This document shows, piece by piece, positions 37,866 through 48,312 of a DNA stretch of 64,000 nucleotides. A model generated the notes under the pieces. That model did no database searches, was not told the origin of the DNA, and worked only from the letters and a program-made list of their open reading frames with translations. The position numbers and the translations under genes were made by a program. How positions within the stretch are numbered: the first letter of the stretch is position 1; every line of letters begins with the position of its first letter. Source of the DNA: an uncultured Gaiellales bacterium (GTDB lineage Bacteria > Actinomycetota > Thermoleophilia > RBG-16-64-13); the NCBI GenBank assembly GCA_964592075.1, contig CAZQDY010000004.1:16527-80526 (forward strand). Reading direction: 5' to 3'.

Positions 37866-40025
37866 ATGCGCTCGCGGTGGTCGGAGGAAGAAGCGGCCGG
37901 GTTCGTGGCGCGCTACGGTCCCGAGTGGGGCGAGGCGCTCGCGCTTCGCACGTACTCCACACGGTTGGTGGGGGAGGACCCGGACCTCGTCCTGCACGGC
38001 GGGGGCAACTCGTCTGTCAAGGTGACCACCACCAACCTGTTCGGCGACGAGGTCTCGGTGGTCTACGTCAAGGCCTCCGGCGCCGACATGGCGACCATCG
38101 AGCCGGCGGAGCATCCTGGGCTTGACCTGGACTATCTACGGCGGCTGCGCGTGCTGCGAGAGCTGGGCGACGCGGATATGGTGGACCAGTTGCGAACCCA
38201 TCTGCTGCGCGCCGACAGCCCCACGCCCTCCATCGAGGCCTTGGTGCACGCCTTTCTGCCGGGGGTCTACATCGATCACACACATGCCGACGCGGTGATC
38301 GCTCTCACGAATCGCGAGCATGGCCTCTCCGTGGCCAGGGAGGCCTTGGGCGAGGACGTGATAGTGCTGCCCTACTTGACTCCCGGCTTCAAGCTTGCCC
38401 TGGCAGCGGCCCGGGCCCTCGACGACCACCCCGACGCTTGGGGAATGGTGTGGGCTCATCACGGGATCGTGACCTGGGGAGAGACCGCCCACGAGTCGTA
38501 CGAGATGATGATCCGTCTGGTATCGCGTGCCGAGCAGTGGATCGAGTCCAACAGGCCCCAAGCCGGGGGCCCGCCGGCGACCGGCCGGATCGTAGCTGCG
38601 GTCGCGTCTGAAGCGGAGGGGAGGCTCGCATCGCGTGCCGCCCAGGTGGCACCGATGCTACGTGGTCTCCTGGCGGAGCGGACCGGCGACTGTGACCGTC
38701 CGTACCGGCGTGTGGTGCTTCAGTGGTGCACGGGCCCCGAGATCCTGGCGGCGCTGGCCGCGCCCGCCGCTCGGGAGACCTTTGTCAGCCCGGTGCTTAC
38801 CACCGACCACCTGATCCGCGCCAAGGCCGAGCCGCTGTGGGTGGACGAGCTACCTCCGGGCGACCCGGACGCCGCCCGCGCCCAGCTGCAGGCGGCTGTG
38901 CAGGGGTATTGCGAACGGTACGAGTCTTACCTGGAGAGGCACGCTTCCGCTATGCCGGCCGGCGTGCAGCCGTTCGACCCTCAGCCGCGGGTGGTCATGA
39001 TCCAGGGCCTGGGGGTGTTCTGCGCGGGTCCGGATCTGCGCGACGCTCGGATCGCTCGGGACATCACCTTGCACACCATGGAGGTAAAGGCCGCGATCGC
39101 GGCCGGAGGCGCGAAGTACCACGGTCTTCCCGAGGAAGAGCTGTTCCGCATGGAGTACCGGACGCTACAGCACGCCAAGCTGCGACGGGCCGTGGCAGGT
39201 GGGGCAGAGGGCGCCCGGGCGCCGCTGCGCGGGCATGTGGCCGTGGTCACAGGGGCGGCCGGGGCCATCGGCACGGGCATCACCGAAGGGTTGCTGAATG
39301 CGGGCTGTTTGGTGGCGGCCACCGATCTGCCGGGCGGGCCTCTCACCACTCTAGTCCGGGAGATGGAGGCCCGTTTCCCGGAGAGGATCATCGGGCTGCC
39401 GCTGGACGTCACCGACCCCGAATCTGTCGCCGCCGCCTTCGACCAGCTGGCGAGGGCCTGGGGCGGCGTCGATCTGGTGATCCCCAACGCGGGGGTCGCC
39501 GCGGTGGCTCCGCTCACCGGACTGACCCTCGACCGCTACCGAAAGCTCGAACAGGTGAACGTGGAGGGAACGCTTCTGGTGCTGGCCGAGGCGGCCCGGT
39601 TGTTCAGGCGCCAGGCCACCGGAGGAGACATCGTGCTGGTGTCGACCAAGAACGTCTTCTCGCCGGGCGCCAACTTCGGAGCCTACAGCTCCACCAAGGC
39701 CGCGGCGCACCAGTTGGCCCGCGTCGCGAGCCTGGAGCTGGCGGCGGATGACGTGCGGGTCAACATGGTCGCTCCGGATGCCGTGTTCGCCTGCGGCGCC
39801 TGTCGCTCAGGGTTGTGGACCGAGGTCGGTCCCGACCGCATGAAGGCCCGGGGCCTGGACGAGGCGGGCCTGGAGGCCTACTACCAGAACCGTAATCTGC
39901 TCAAGGTCCAGGTCACGGCGGCCCACGTGGCGAGAGCGGTGCTCTTCTTCGCCACCAGGCAGACGCCCACCACCGGGGCCACCATCCCCGTGGACGGCGG
40001 TCTGCCGGATTCCACGCCCCGGTAG
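37866..40025 (+). CDS. bifunctional class II aldolase/adducin-domain + short-chain dehydrogenase protein (YuxG / rhamnulose-1-phosphate aldolase-SDR-like)
   Basis: N-terminal class II aldolase-like region ([13 protein letters not shown]). C-terminal SDR ([22 protein letters not shown]). 719 aa. Confidence 0.75.
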   Translation: MRSRWSEEEAAGFVARYGPEWGEALALRTYSTRLVGEDPDLVLHGGGNSSVKVTTTNLFGDEVSVVYVKASGADMATIEPAEHPGLDLDYLRRLRVLRELGDADMVDQLRTHLLRADSPTPSIEALVHAFLPGVYIDHTHADAVIALTNREHGLSVAREALGEDVIVLPYLTPGFKLALAAARALDDHPDAWGMVWAHHGIVTWGETAHESYEMMIRLVSRAEQWIESNRPQAGGPPATGRIVAAVASEAEGRLASRAAQVAPMLRGLLAERTGDCDRPYRRVVLQWCTGPEILAALAAPAARETFVSPVLTTDHLIRAKAEPLWVDELPPGDPDAARAQLQAAVQGYCERYESYLERHASAMPAGVQPFDPQPRVVMIQGLGVFCAGPDLRDARIARDITLHTMEVKAAIAAGGAKYHGLPEEELFRMEYRTLQHAKLRRAVAGGAEGARAPLRGHVAVVTGAAGAIGTGITEGLLNAGCLVAATDLPGGPLTTLVREMEARFPERIIGLPLDVTDPESVAAAFDQLARAWGGVDLVIPNAGVAAVAPLTGLTLDRYRKLEQVNVEGTLLVLAEAARLFRRQATGGDIVLVSTKNVFSPGANFGAYSSTKAAAHQLARVASLELAADDVRVNMVAPDAVFACGACRSGLWTEVGPDRMKARGLDEAGLEAYYQNRNLLKVQVTAAHVARAVLFFATRQTPTTGATIPVDGGLPDSTPR

Positions 40026-40069
40026 GCTGGACGCCGAGTCGCGTGCTGAGCCGGAAAGGAGGAGGACGT

Positions 40070-41134
40070 ATGTCTCACCCGGCCGGGCCCATCGATCTGA
40101 GAAGCGATACCGTCACCAAGCCGAGCGAAGCCATGCGCCGGGCTATGGCCGCGGCGCCCGTGGGCGACGACATCTACCGGGAGGACCCCACCGTCGAACT
40201 GCTCCAGAAGAGGGTGGCCGAGCTGTTGGGCAAGGAAGCGGCTCTCTTCGTCCCCTCCGGGACCATGGGTAACCAACTGTGCCTGCGCACGCTCACGCGC
40301 CCCGGCGACGAGGTCGTAGTGCATGAGGATGCGCATGTGATGCTCTACGAAGCGGGCTCCGCGGCCGCCCTGTCCGGGCTGCAGCTCCGTCCCGTGCCTG
40401 GAGTGCTCGGGGTCATCACGCCTGAGGAGGTGGAGCGGGTCATCAGGCCCGTGGCCGAGCACTTCCCCCGCACCACGGTGGTGGAGATGGAGAACACGCA
40501 CAACCGTTGCGGAGGCACCATATGGCCTCTGGAGCAGATGCAGGCCGTCGCGACCCTTGCTCGTTCGCGGGGAATGGCCGTGCATCTGGACGGAGCCCGT
40601 CTCTGGAACGCGCACGTGGCCACCGGTGTTGCTCTGGCCGCCTACGCGGCTACAGCCGACTCGGTCTCGGTCTGCTTCTCCAAGGGATTGGGCGCCCCTG
40701 TGGGTTCGGCCCTTGCAGGCACCGGCGACTTCGTCGAAGAGGCGCGCCGGAACCGCAGACGCTACGGCGGCGCGATGAGGCAGGCCGGGATCATCGCGGC
40801 GGGCGCGCTCTATGCCCTCGAGCACAACCTGGAGCGGCTCGCGGAGGATCACGAGAAGGCCGCGGTATTGGCCGGCTACCTCGAGCAGGTTCCCGGTATG
40901 GAGCTGGTCCATCCGGTGCAGACCAACATCCTCATAGCCTCGGTGGGCGGGCTGGGGGTGGGGGCGGAGCAGGTGGTGGCGGCCCTGAAGGAGGCGGGGG
41001 TCCTATGCGGGGTGGCGGCGGTCGACCGGGTCCGCTTCGTCACCCATCTGGATGTGAGCATGGAGGCCGTCAAGGCGGCCGGCGAGATCGTCGTGCCGGC
41101 TATCTCCGGGCTGGGAAGGCCGGTCGCGACATGA
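40070..41134 (+). CDS. ltaE: low-specificity L-threonine aldolase
   Basis: [39 protein letters not shown]...SGTMGNQ. RBS GGAAAGGAGGAGG. Confidence 0.85.
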   Translation: MSHPAGPIDLRSDTVTKPSEAMRRAMAAAPVGDDIYREDPTVELLQKRVAELLGKEAALFVPSGTMGNQLCLRTLTRPGDEVVVHEDAHVMLYEAGSAAALSGLQLRPVPGVLGVITPEEVERVIRPVAEHFPRTTVVEMENTHNRCGGTIWPLEQMQAVATLARSRGMAVHLDGARLWNAHVATGVALAAYAATADSVSVCFSKGLGAPVGSALAGTGDFVEEARRNRRRYGGAMRQAGIIAAGALYALEHNLERLAEDHEKAAVLAGYLEQVPGMELVHPVQTNILIASVGGLGVGAEQVVAALKEAGVLCGVAAVDRVRFVTHLDVSMEAVKAAGEIVVPAISGLGRPVAT

Positions 41135-41724
41135 CGGGGGGCGGTGAGTCGGGAGCACGGCAGGCGGGCGCGGCCGGGCCTGGGCCTGCGGCCGATCCTC
41201 GAGCGCCGTATGTGCGTCTGGCGGTGGCGGCTCTCATCGCTCGGGAGCACGAGGGCCCTCCGCTCGCGGCCGGCGGGGAGGCCGCCAAGCCGTCCGGGAC
41301 CGTCAGATGGCTCCTCGTGCATAGGACGGATCCGGTGGATGCCTGGGACCCGCCTGGTGGACGTGCGGAAGCAGGGGAGGATCTGAAGGCCGCCGTCCGG
41401 CGGGAGGCGGCTGAAGAGACCGGGCTCGCGGTGGAGGTGGCCGGTCCCTGCTACGCGTACCTGACGTTCCACAAGGGTGAGCGCCTACTGGCCGTCAGCA
41501 TGGCCTGCAGACTGCTCTGCGACCCGGACGACCTGACTCTGGAGGCGGGTCTCACGGACCGGCGTTGGGCGTCGGCTTCGGAATGGGAGGAACTGGCCCG
41601 CTCTGGACGTAGTACTTGGAATGAGCACGATGTGCGGAGGGCGCTGCGCATGGCCCAGGCCCTCTGGGACGTGGAGGCGGAGTGGACCGAGAACAGGCCC
41701 TGGGACTGGTCAAGGGGCGGGTGA
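41131..41724 (+). CDS. NUDIX hydrolase
   Basis: Nudix box [27 protein letters not shown] overlaps the ltaE stop (ATGA). Appears only as the tail of a longer nonsense ORF in the track. Confidence 0.7.
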   Translation: MTGGGESGARQAGAAGPGPAADPRAPYVRLAVAALIAREHEGPPLAAGGEAAKPSGTVRWLLVHRTDPVDAWDPPGGRAEAGEDLKAAVRREAAEETGLAVEVAGPCYAYLTFHKGERLLAVSMACRLLCDPDDLTLEAGLTDRRWASASEWEELARSGRSTWNEHDVRRALRMAQALWDVEAEWTENRPWDWSRGG

Positions 41725-42236
41725 AGAACGAGAACCTCGTCAGTCACATGGTGGCCGCGGAGGCCATCATGGGCGCCCTGGCCCGGCGGCTGGGCGGTGA
41801 CGAGGAGAAGTGGCGCCTGGCGGGGCTTCTGCATGATCTGGATGTGGAAGAGACCGCCGAGAGGATGGAGGTGCACGGCGCCCTGACCGTGCAATGGCTC
41901 CGTGAAGCAGGTCTGGACGACGAGGAAGTCCTGCGGGCCATCCTGGCTCACAACCCGGCCAACGGGTCCAGCGTGACCTCCGCAATGGACAGAGCCCTTT
42001 TCGCGTGCGATTGCCTCACCGGTCTGGTGACGGCGGCGGCGCTCATCCGGCCGGAGAAGAAGCTCGCTCCGGTGGAACTGAAGAGCCTACGGAAACGCTT
42101 CAAAGAACCTTCGTTCGCCAAGGGCGCCCGGCGGGAGGACATCATGACCTGCTCGGATCTGGGGCTGGAGCTGGAGGAGTTCCTGGCCATCGGTCTGGGT
42201 GCGATGAAGGAGGTGGCCGATGAGCTCGGACTCTGA
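41682..42236 (+). CDS. HD-domain metal-dependent phosphohydrolase
   Basis: LVSHMVAAEAIMGALARRLG...LAGLLHDLD...LAHN. Overlaps the NUDIX 3' end, so the true start may be internal. Confidence 0.6.
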   Translation: MDREQALGLVKGRVKNENLVSHMVAAEAIMGALARRLGGDEEKWRLAGLLHDLDVEETAERMEVHGALTVQWLREAGLDDEEVLRAILAHNPANGSSVTSAMDRALFACDCLTGLVTAAALIRPEKKLAPVELKSLRKRFKEPSFAKGARREDIMTCSDLGLELEEFLAIGLGAMKEVADELGL

Positions 42237-42453
42237 GCATGGCGGTCCCGTGCTGCTCACCAGCATCTATGACCCGGTGGAGGCTGAGATCGTGATCGCC
42301 AAGCTGCGCAGCGCGGGGATCGAGGCCTTCGTCCGGCACGAGGCCCTGTCGGTCGTCTACGGCCTGACCGTGGACGGCTTCGGCCAGCAAGACATCATGG
42401 TGCGCGCGGAGGAACTGGAGGAGGCCAAGATAGCGCTGGAGCAGACCCCGTAG
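42220..42453 (+). CDS. DUF2007-like small protein (putative signal-transducing protein)
   Basis: 77 aa. IYDPVEAEIVIAKLRSAGIEAFV pattern. Confidence 0.5.
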   Translation: MSSDSEHGGPVLLTSIYDPVEAEIVIAKLRSAGIEAFVRHEALSVVYGLTVDGFGQQDIMVRAEELEEAKIALEQTP

Positions 42454-42484
42454 TCCTGGGACTACGGATGGTCGTACGGGGAGG

Positions 42485-43564
42485 ATGCCGATGCTGTCGG
42501 TTCTTGGAGCGGATGTGGGGGGGACCAAGATCGCGGTAGGCCCCGTGGACCCGGTGGGAGCGCAGCTCGCACCTCCCATCGTGGATCTCAGCCGCACGGA
42601 AGACACCGAATCGTTCCTGGCAGGGTTGGAGACCACACTGCGCCGCGCCATGACCCAGTTCGCCGACTTCGCCCCGGGAGCGGTAGGATTGGCCTGCGCC
42701 GGCACCGTGGACAGCGATCGCGGAGTGGTGGTGACCTCACCCAATCTGCCCTTGCGGGAGGTCCCGTTGGCGGCGCCGCTTCGGGAGGCTCTCGGCGTCC
42801 CCGTGGTGTTGGAGAACGATGCGAACGCCGCTCTGCTCGGTGAGTCTGTGGCCGGGGCGGCTCAGGGGCTGCGGCACGTGATCATGCTGACCCTCGGCAC
42901 CGGGGTCGGCGGGGCGCTGCTGCTGGACGGGCGCCTGTACCGGGGCGCCGGCGGCGCGGCCGGGGAGTTCGGCCACACCGTGGTGCAGATGGGCGGCCTC
43001 CCCTGCCGGTGCGGCATGAAAGGGTGCCTCGAGATGTACGCCTCGGGTCCCGCGCTGGCTCGCTACGCGAGCGCCCGGGTCCGCGACCCCGAGCGCGATC
43101 CGGGTAACGCGCTGCTCCACCTGCGCGAGCAGGGACTGCTGAGCGGGGGAGCGGTGGCCCGCCTGGCCAGAGAGGGGCATCGAGGCGCGGTCGAGGCCGT
43201 TCAGCAGCTTGCCGAGTGGCTGGGTGTCGGTCTCGCCAATCTCACCAACATCTTCAACCCCGAGATGATCGTGGTCGGGGGCGGGGTGGGGGAGCTTGGA
43301 GAACTCTTGCTGCGCTATGCGCGCGAGCACCTGATGAAGAACGCCATGCCGCCTGGGAAGGACCAGGTGCGGTTGGCGGCGGCGGAGTTGGGCAACAAGG
43401 CCGGTCTGGTGGGCGCCGGGCTTGCGGCTTGGGACCTGGTGCGCAGTCCGGGCGCGGCTCCGGCCGGCGGCGGGGCCGCCGCGCGGGGCACCGTGACCTC
43501 TGGGCCGGCGGCAGCCGGGTTGACGATCGACGAGCCGGCGGGCGACGAACCGGCGGCCGGCTGA
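42485..43564 (+). CDS. glcK: ROK family glucokinase with disordered C-terminal tail
   Basis: LGADVGGTKIAVG, ENDANAALLGE. ROK zinc motif CRCGMKGCLE. Confidence 0.8.
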   Translation: MPMLSVLGADVGGTKIAVGPVDPVGAQLAPPIVDLSRTEDTESFLAGLETTLRRAMTQFADFAPGAVGLACAGTVDSDRGVVVTSPNLPLREVPLAAPLREALGVPVVLENDANAALLGESVAGAAQGLRHVIMLTLGTGVGGALLLDGRLYRGAGGAAGEFGHTVVQMGGLPCRCGMKGCLEMYASGPALARYASARVRDPERDPGNALLHLREQGLLSGGAVARLAREGHRGAVEAVQQLAEWLGVGLANLTNIFNPEMIVVGGGVGELGELLLRYAREHLMKNAMPPGKDQVRLAAAELGNKAGLVGAGLAAWDLVRSPGAAPAGGGAAARGTVTSGPAAAGLTIDEPAGDEPAAG

Positions 43565-43587
43565 CGCCGCCGGCCGGGGGCTGGTTC

Positions 43588-44478
43588 ATGCTCTACATCT
43601 GTCCTACGCCCATCGGGAACCTGGACGACGTCACCCTGAGAGTGCTGGGTGTGCTGAGGAAGGCTGATGTCGTCGCCTGCGAAGACACCCGCCACACGGG
43701 TATCCTCCTCAAACGTCATGGGATAGCTGCCGCCGGACTCGTCAGCTTCCACGAGCACAACGAGGAAGAGCGGGTCCAGAGGCTGCTGCCGCTCCTGCGG
43801 CAGGACAAGGTGGTGGCCGTGGTCAGCGACGCCGGGATGCCCGGTCTTTCCGACCCGGGGTTCACTCTGGTGAGGGCCTGCATCGCCGAGGACCTCCCGG
43901 TGACCGTGCTGCCGGGGCCTTCGGCCGTCTCCACCGCGCTGGTTTCGTCGGGGCTCCCGGTGGGCCGCTTCGCCTTTGTGGGGTTCCTGGCGCGGAGCAA
44001 GGCCAAGCTCCTCGAGCAACTGACGCGCTTCGAAGGCACGGGCGCGACTCTGGTCGCGTTCGAGTCTCCCAGGCGGATCAGGGCTTCTGTGGCAGCCCTA
44101 GGCGAACGATGGCCCGGACGTCAGCTGGCGGTATGCCGGGAGCTGACCAAACTGCACGAGCAGGTGGTGCGGGGAACGGCCGCGGACGTGCTGGAGGATC
44201 TCGGTGACCCGGTGCGCGGCGAGATCGTCCTCGTCATCGCGCCCGCTGCCGCGGCGGAGGGCGAAGGTTCTTGGACCCGGGCGATGGCGGCCGGCGGTCT
44301 GCCGGTCTCTGACGCAGAAGCCCGCGCCTGCTCGGCACTGGCCGACCTGGAGGCGCTGGGAGTAGGCACCAAGAAGGCCGCCGGCATAGTGGCGGGCCTC
44401 ACCGGACTCGCGCCGAGGAGGGTCTACGATCTGGCGCTGGAGGTCAGGAAGGCCCGGATGGCGCGCTCGAGCGACTGA
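43588..44478 (+). CDS. rsmI: 16S rRNA (cytidine1402-2'-O)-methyltransferase
   Basis: MLYICPTPIGNLDDVTLRVLGVLRKADVVACEDTRHTGILL. The ORF track prepends 124 nonsense codons. Confidence 0.85.
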   Translation: MLYICPTPIGNLDDVTLRVLGVLRKADVVACEDTRHTGILLKRHGIAAAGLVSFHEHNEEERVQRLLPLLRQDKVVAVVSDAGMPGLSDPGFTLVRACIAEDLPVTVLPGPSAVSTALVSSGLPVGRFAFVGFLARSKAKLLEQLTRFEGTGATLVAFESPRRIRASVAALGERWPGRQLAVCRELTKLHEQVVRGTAADVLEDLGDPVRGEIVLVIAPAAAAEGEGSWTRAMAAGGLPVSDAEARACSALADLEALGVGTKKAAGIVAGLTGLAPRRVYDLALEVRKARMARSSD

Positions 44479-45956
44479 CGGTCGCCTTCGACCAGGTTGG
44501 AGAAGCGCACCGGCCGGGAGCGCATCGCGTCCATGCCTGCGGGGACCGGGTTGCCCGGAGCGAGGCGCGGTACCTGGTCGAGGAGTCCAAGGTCGTCCTC
44601 AGGGAGCGGTTCGCCGGCATGCAGTCCTCTGAGGGCGCGCATCACGTCTGCGGGGAACTTGCTCCAATGGGCCGGTGACACCACGAGCATGGGCAGGTCG
44701 CGGGCGTGCCTGTCGGCGACCTCCCAGGCGACGGCCGTGTGAGGGTCTATCAGGTACTTCCGCTCCTTGTAGACCCGGCCGATGGTGCTGAGGCAGGTCT
44801 CGTTGTCCACCCAGTCGCCCACCATCTCCCGGCGTAGACGACCGAACGTGAGATCGTCCAGCTCGAACATGCCGGAGGTGCGGAGATCGTCCATCCAACC
44901 GCGCACCCCGAGCCCGTCCATGCTCAGCTCGTAGAGCATGCGCTCGAGGTTGGAGGAGATGAGGATGTCCATGGACGGCGACGCGGTTTTCACGAGGCGG
45001 CGGTCCGCGATCCGATACGTGCCGGTGGCCAGAAAGTCGGCAAGGACGTTGTTGGCGTTCGAGGCGCAGACCAGGCGATCGATGGGAGTCCCCATGCGTT
45101 TGGCGTAGTACGCCGCGAGGATGTTGCCGAAGTTGCCGCTGGGGACGCACACGTCGATGGGTTCGCCAAGGCGGCAGTGTCCCTTGGCCGCCAGGTCGGC
45201 ATAGGCGCTGATGTAGTAGACGATCTGGGGCAGCAGGCGGCCCCAGTTGATCGAGTTGGCCGAGGAGAGTTTGAGGCCGTGGTCGCGCGCCAACTCCTCC
45301 GCGAACTCCTGGTCGCCGAAGACCGCCTTGACTGCCGACTGGCAGTCGTCGAAATCGCCCTGCACCTCGAAGACGGTCAGGTTGTCACCCGGCTGGGTGA
45401 CCATCTGGCGCTGCTGCATGGGGGACACGCCGCCTGACGGGTAACAGACGGCGATCTTGGTATGGGGGCGGTCGGCGAACCCGCTGAGGGCGGCGACCCC
45501 CGTATCCCCCGACGTGGCCACCAGGACGAGGAAGTCGGAGGTCGACCCGCCAAGCGTGCGCTTCTGTTCCAGAGCCGTGGAGAAGAAGAGGGGCATGCAC
45601 TGCAGCGCCATGTCTTTGAAGGCTAATGTGGGCCCATGCCACAACTCGAGGGCGTAACGGCCGCCGCCGAGAGCCACCACCGGGGCGATCTCGGGATGGT
45701 CGAAGTTGTCGCCGTAGGCGCGTCGGGCCACGGAGGCGACCTTCGTGGCGGAGAGGTCCATCTCGAACAGCCAGTAGATCTCAGCGGCGCGCTGCCAATA
45801 CGGCATGGAGGCCAACGCCTCGATCTGCGCGAGACCCAACTCGGGTATCCGGTCGGGAACGAACAGGCCGCCCCCCGGAGCGATGCCTCGTAGAACGACC
45901 TCTGTGAAAGGCTGCGGGATCGGCAGAAGGGATCTGGTGTCGACGTAGTTGATCAC
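44424..45956 (-). CDS. thrC: threonine synthase (long form)
   Basis: PLP region PTLAFKDMALQ, ATSGDTGVAAL. Preferred start is GTG (VINYVDTRS, matching the M-Y-STRG N-terminus) with GGGGGA RBS and a TATCCT hexamer 38 nt upstream. The ORF track start (46058) overlaps the terminator hairpin. Confidence 0.85.
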   Translation of the reverse strand: MINYVDTRSLLPIPQPFTEVVLRGIAPGGGLFVPDRIPELGLAQIEALASMPYWQRAAEIYWLFEMDLSATKVASVARRAYGDNFDHPEIAPVVALGGGRYALELWHGPTLAFKDMALQCMPLFFSTALEQKRTLGGSTSDFLVLVATSGDTGVAALSGFADRPHTKIAVCYPSGGVSPMQQRQMVTQPGDNLTVFEVQGDFDDCQSAVKAVFGDQEFAEELARDHGLKLSSANSINWGRLLPQIVYYISAYADLAAKGHCRLGEPIDVCVPSGNFGNILAAYYAKRMGTPIDRLVCASNANNVLADFLATGTYRIADRRLVKTASPSMDILISSNLERMLYELSMDGLGVRGWMDDLRTSGMFELDDLTFGRLRREMVGDWVDNETCLSTIGRVYKERKYLIDPHTAVAWEVADRHARDLPMLVVSPAHWSKFPADVMRALRGLHAGEPLPEDDLGLLDQVPRLAPGNPVPAGMDAMRSRPVRFSNLVEGDRQSLERAIRAFLTSSARS

Positions 45957-46019
45957 AGCGTCCCCCTGTCGTTCGGCACTTTGCGGTCTCTTGGAGGATA
46001 CCGTAGTGGGGAGGAGATG

Positions 46020-46048
46020 GGAAAGCCGGCCCTGCGGGCCGGCTTTCC
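46020..46048 (-). terminator. strong hairpin GGAAAGCCGGCCC-tgc-GGGCCGGCTTTCC downstream of the S-layer gene
   Basis: 13-bp perfect stem read directly. Located 66 nt beyond the S-layer gene stop on the minus strand. No clear U-tract. Confidence 0.45.
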
Positions 46049-46113
46049 TCCACTTCAAGGTCCGTCCGAGGCCGGCGCGTCTGTCCGACTCGTCCCGGAC
46101 TGCCTTCGGCTCT

Positions 46114-48162
46114 CTACGATGTCACCAACAGCAGGAGGTTGTAGAGCAGTTGCGCGCATTCTCCTCTCGAGGCCGGGGCGAAGAAGTCGTAGGAGGGGCC
46201 CACGCCGGCGAGCCCGTCCAGCAGGCCGGCATAGGCGAGCTTGCGGGCATTCAGGTAGTGCTCGTCGGGGTAGAACTGGCTCGCGCCGAAGCTGGGCGTG
46301 AACGAAGCCGGAGGCTCCGACAGGCCGGCCGCCCGCGCGACCATCGTGACCAGTTGCTGGCGGGTGATGTGGTCGTTGGGCGCGAAGGTGGTCGCGGTCT
46401 TGCCGGCGGTGAGGCCGTTGGCCTTGGCCACTGCTATGTAGTCGTGCGGGTAGATGTCGGCGAGATCGTCCGCGCCACAGTCGGTGAAGGGCTTGCTGCT
46501 ATCGGACCAGTCGGCCTCAGAGACCGGCAGTCCCATGACCCCGACGATCATCTTGGCGAAGTGCTTGCGGAACACCGGGTTGTCCGGACCGAAAGTGCCA
46601 TCGGTGTAGCCGGAGATGATGCCCTCGTCGGCGAGCGCGACTATGGCGGTGGCATAGGGGGTCACGCCGGGGATGACGTCGGTGAAGGAGCTGCCGCCCC
46701 CGCCGCCTCCGGGCGCGGTGGAGAAGCTCCACGTGATCGGCGCTCCGGCGAGCGTCTGACCGTCGGCGCCCTCAACGGCTGTGGTGAGGGTCACCTCGTA
46801 GGTGGCGCCGGCCTCCAGGTCGGCCGCTGGGTCAAGGGTGGCCGTGCGGGTGCCGGAGCTGTAGGCGACGGTCGCCGGAAGCGGGCTTCCGCCTGACTTC
46901 TGGACGTAGAAGGTGGCGCCCGTGAGGGTGGAGGCGTCCATGTTCTTGTCGAAGGTGGCCGCTATCGTCTGGCCCACCGGCACCGAAGTCGCCCCGGCGG
47001 CCGGGACCTTGGTGATCACGGAGGGCGCCTCCCCGGCAGTGGTGAAGCTCCATTCCACGGCAGAGGCGAGCGGCGTCCCCGCCCCGCTTTCGACAGCGGT
47101 GGTGAGCCTGACCTCGTAGGTCTCTCCCGGTTCCAGGCCGGCCACGGGGTCAAGGGTGGCCGTGCGGGTGGCGGCACTGTAGTCCACCACGGCCGGCAGC
47201 GGAGTCCCGCCCGACTTCTTGATGTAGAAGGTGGCGCTGGTGAGCGTGGCCGGGTCCATGTCTGTGTCGAAGGTGGCTGCGATCACTTGGCCCACAGGCA
47301 CCCCGGCCGTCCCGTTCGCCGGGATCTTGGTGGTGACGTGGGGCGTGGAGGCGGCGGTGGTGAAGGTCCAGGTGACCGGGGCCTGCATGAACAAGCCGTT
47401 CTCCGCTTTCACTGCCGTAGTGACGGTGACTATGTAGGTCGTGTTCTCATCGAGGGGGTTCTGGGGGGTGAGGGTCACCGTGCGCTTGTCGGAGCTCTTG
47501 GCCAGCGTGGCCGTCTTGAGGCCGCCCCCAGACTCCTGGAGAAAGAACGAGCTGCTGTTGACGGTGGACCAGTCCATGTCGTGGTCGAAGACGACCTGCA
47601 CCTGCTCGTCCACCGGCACGTCCGTTGCTCCGGTAGCCGGTCCATGCATCTTCACCTGCGGCCAGGTGATAGTGGTGAACGACCATGACCCCTCGTTGAA
47701 GAGATGGAGACCGGCGGCCTCGCTCACGATGGGGTTGACCAGATACGCCACATAGGTCGTTCCAGGCTCCAGATTGGCGACCGGGTTGAGCGTCGCCCTG
47801 TTGATGCCGAGCACAGCGTTGTAGGTGTAGGAGGTCGCCGCCGCCACTTTGAGGGTGGCCCCTTGCTTCTTCAGGTGGAAGGTGCCGTCGTTGATGGTGA
47901 TCGCCTCGAGTTTCAGGTTGAAGGAGACTCTCACGTTTGCATCGAGCGGGACCTCTGTTGCGTTCTTTGCCGGCTCCCAGCTCGAGGCTAGGAGATACTT
48001 CCCGATCGGAGGTTCGAAGCCGGGGGGCAGAAGCCCGGGGTCCAGGGCCTGAGCCTGGTCCACGCCGCCCTGGTGGGGGGCGGTGCACACAAGACCCAGG
48101 GCTAAGGCAAACAGCAGGATCAAGGGCAACAGGGTTCTGCGTTGGAACAGGCGCTTCTTCAT
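46114..48162 (-). CDS. S-layer-type secreted protein: signal peptide, tandem Ig-like (Big_5/SbsA-like) domains, three C-terminal SLH domains
   Basis: Signal peptide MKKRLFQRRTLLPLILLFALALG with GGAGG RBS (start 48162). ~88-aa tandem repeats (ATFDTDMDPATLTSATFYIKKSGG... and ATFDKNMDASTLTGATFYVQKSGG...). C-terminal SLH motifs (FTDV...YTDGTFGPDNP..., ITRQQLVTMVARAAGL). The ORF track's 196 upstream codons are not credible. Confidence 0.8.
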   Translation of the reverse strand: MKKRLFQRRTLLPLILLFALALGLVCTAPHQGGVDQAQALDPGLLPPGFEPPIGKYLLASSWEPAKNATEVPLDANVRVSFNLKLEAITINDGTFHLKKQGATLKVAAATSYTYNAVLGINRATLNPVANLEPGTTYVAYLVNPIVSEAAGLHLFNEGSWSFTTITWPQVKMHGPATGATDVPVDEQVQVVFDHDMDWSTVNSSSFFLQESGGGLKTATLAKSSDKRTVTLTPQNPLDENTTYIVTVTTAVKAENGLFMQAPVTWTFTTAASTPHVTTKIPANGTAGVPVGQVIAATFDTDMDPATLTSATFYIKKSGGTPLPAVVDYSAATRTATLDPVAGLEPGETYEVRLTTAVESGAGTPLASAVEWSFTTAGEAPSVITKVPAAGATSVPVGQTIAATFDKNMDASTLTGATFYVQKSGGSPLPATVAYSSGTRTATLDPAADLEAGATYEVTLTTAVEGADGQTLAGAPITWSFSTAPGGGGGGSSFTDVIPGVTPYATAIVALADEGIISGYTDGTFGPDNPVFRKHFAKMIVGVMGLPVSEADWSDSSKPFTDCGADDLADIYPHDYIAVAKANGLTAGKTATTFAPNDHITRQQLVTMVARAAGLSEPPASFTPSFGASQFYPDEHYLNARKLAYAGLLDGLAGVGPSYDFFAPASRGECAQLLYNLLLLVTS
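46800..47450. repeat. intragenic tandem duplication (~318-nt period) encoding repeated Ig-like domains of the S-layer protein
   Basis: Near-identical peptides on both strands at 318-nt offset (antisense ORFs 46913-47119 and 47231-47437 are near-copies). Confidence 0.4.
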
Positions 48163-48294
48163 GGCCCCCTCCTCATCGCATGCGAACCGGGAGCGATCTG
48201 CTCCCTTCATGAATTCGAGTATAGGCTTGTTGGACGGCGCGTCAATGGCCGTTTGCCCGTTTGGTGCCTTGGTGTCGGGCGTGAGGTGGCCTTC

Positions 48295-48303
48295 TGCTAG
48301 AAT
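48295..48303 (+). promoter_or_regulatory. extended -10-like TGCTAGAAT 10 nt upstream of the metG ATG
   Basis: Same 9-mer as upstream of the lsrF-like gene. Its proximity to the ATG suggests a very short or absent leader. Confidence 0.35.
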
Positions 48304-48312
48304 AGCCCGGCC

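Noticed and set aside
43216-43587. 5' extensions of the rsmI, NUDIX, hisA, gdhA, lsrF, pgi and S-layer ORFs in the six-frame track
   Set aside because: Each extension overlaps the upstream gene or lacks an RBS, and conserved N-termini with good Shine-Dalgarno sequences are found internally. Starts were moved accordingly.
48163-48312. T-box leader upstream of metG
   Set aside because: Only ~150 nt separate the divergent S-layer gene and metG. There is no specifier-loop / T-box (AATTAGGGTGGNACCGCG-like) sequence, and a TGCTAGAAT promoter sits 10 nt before the ATG.
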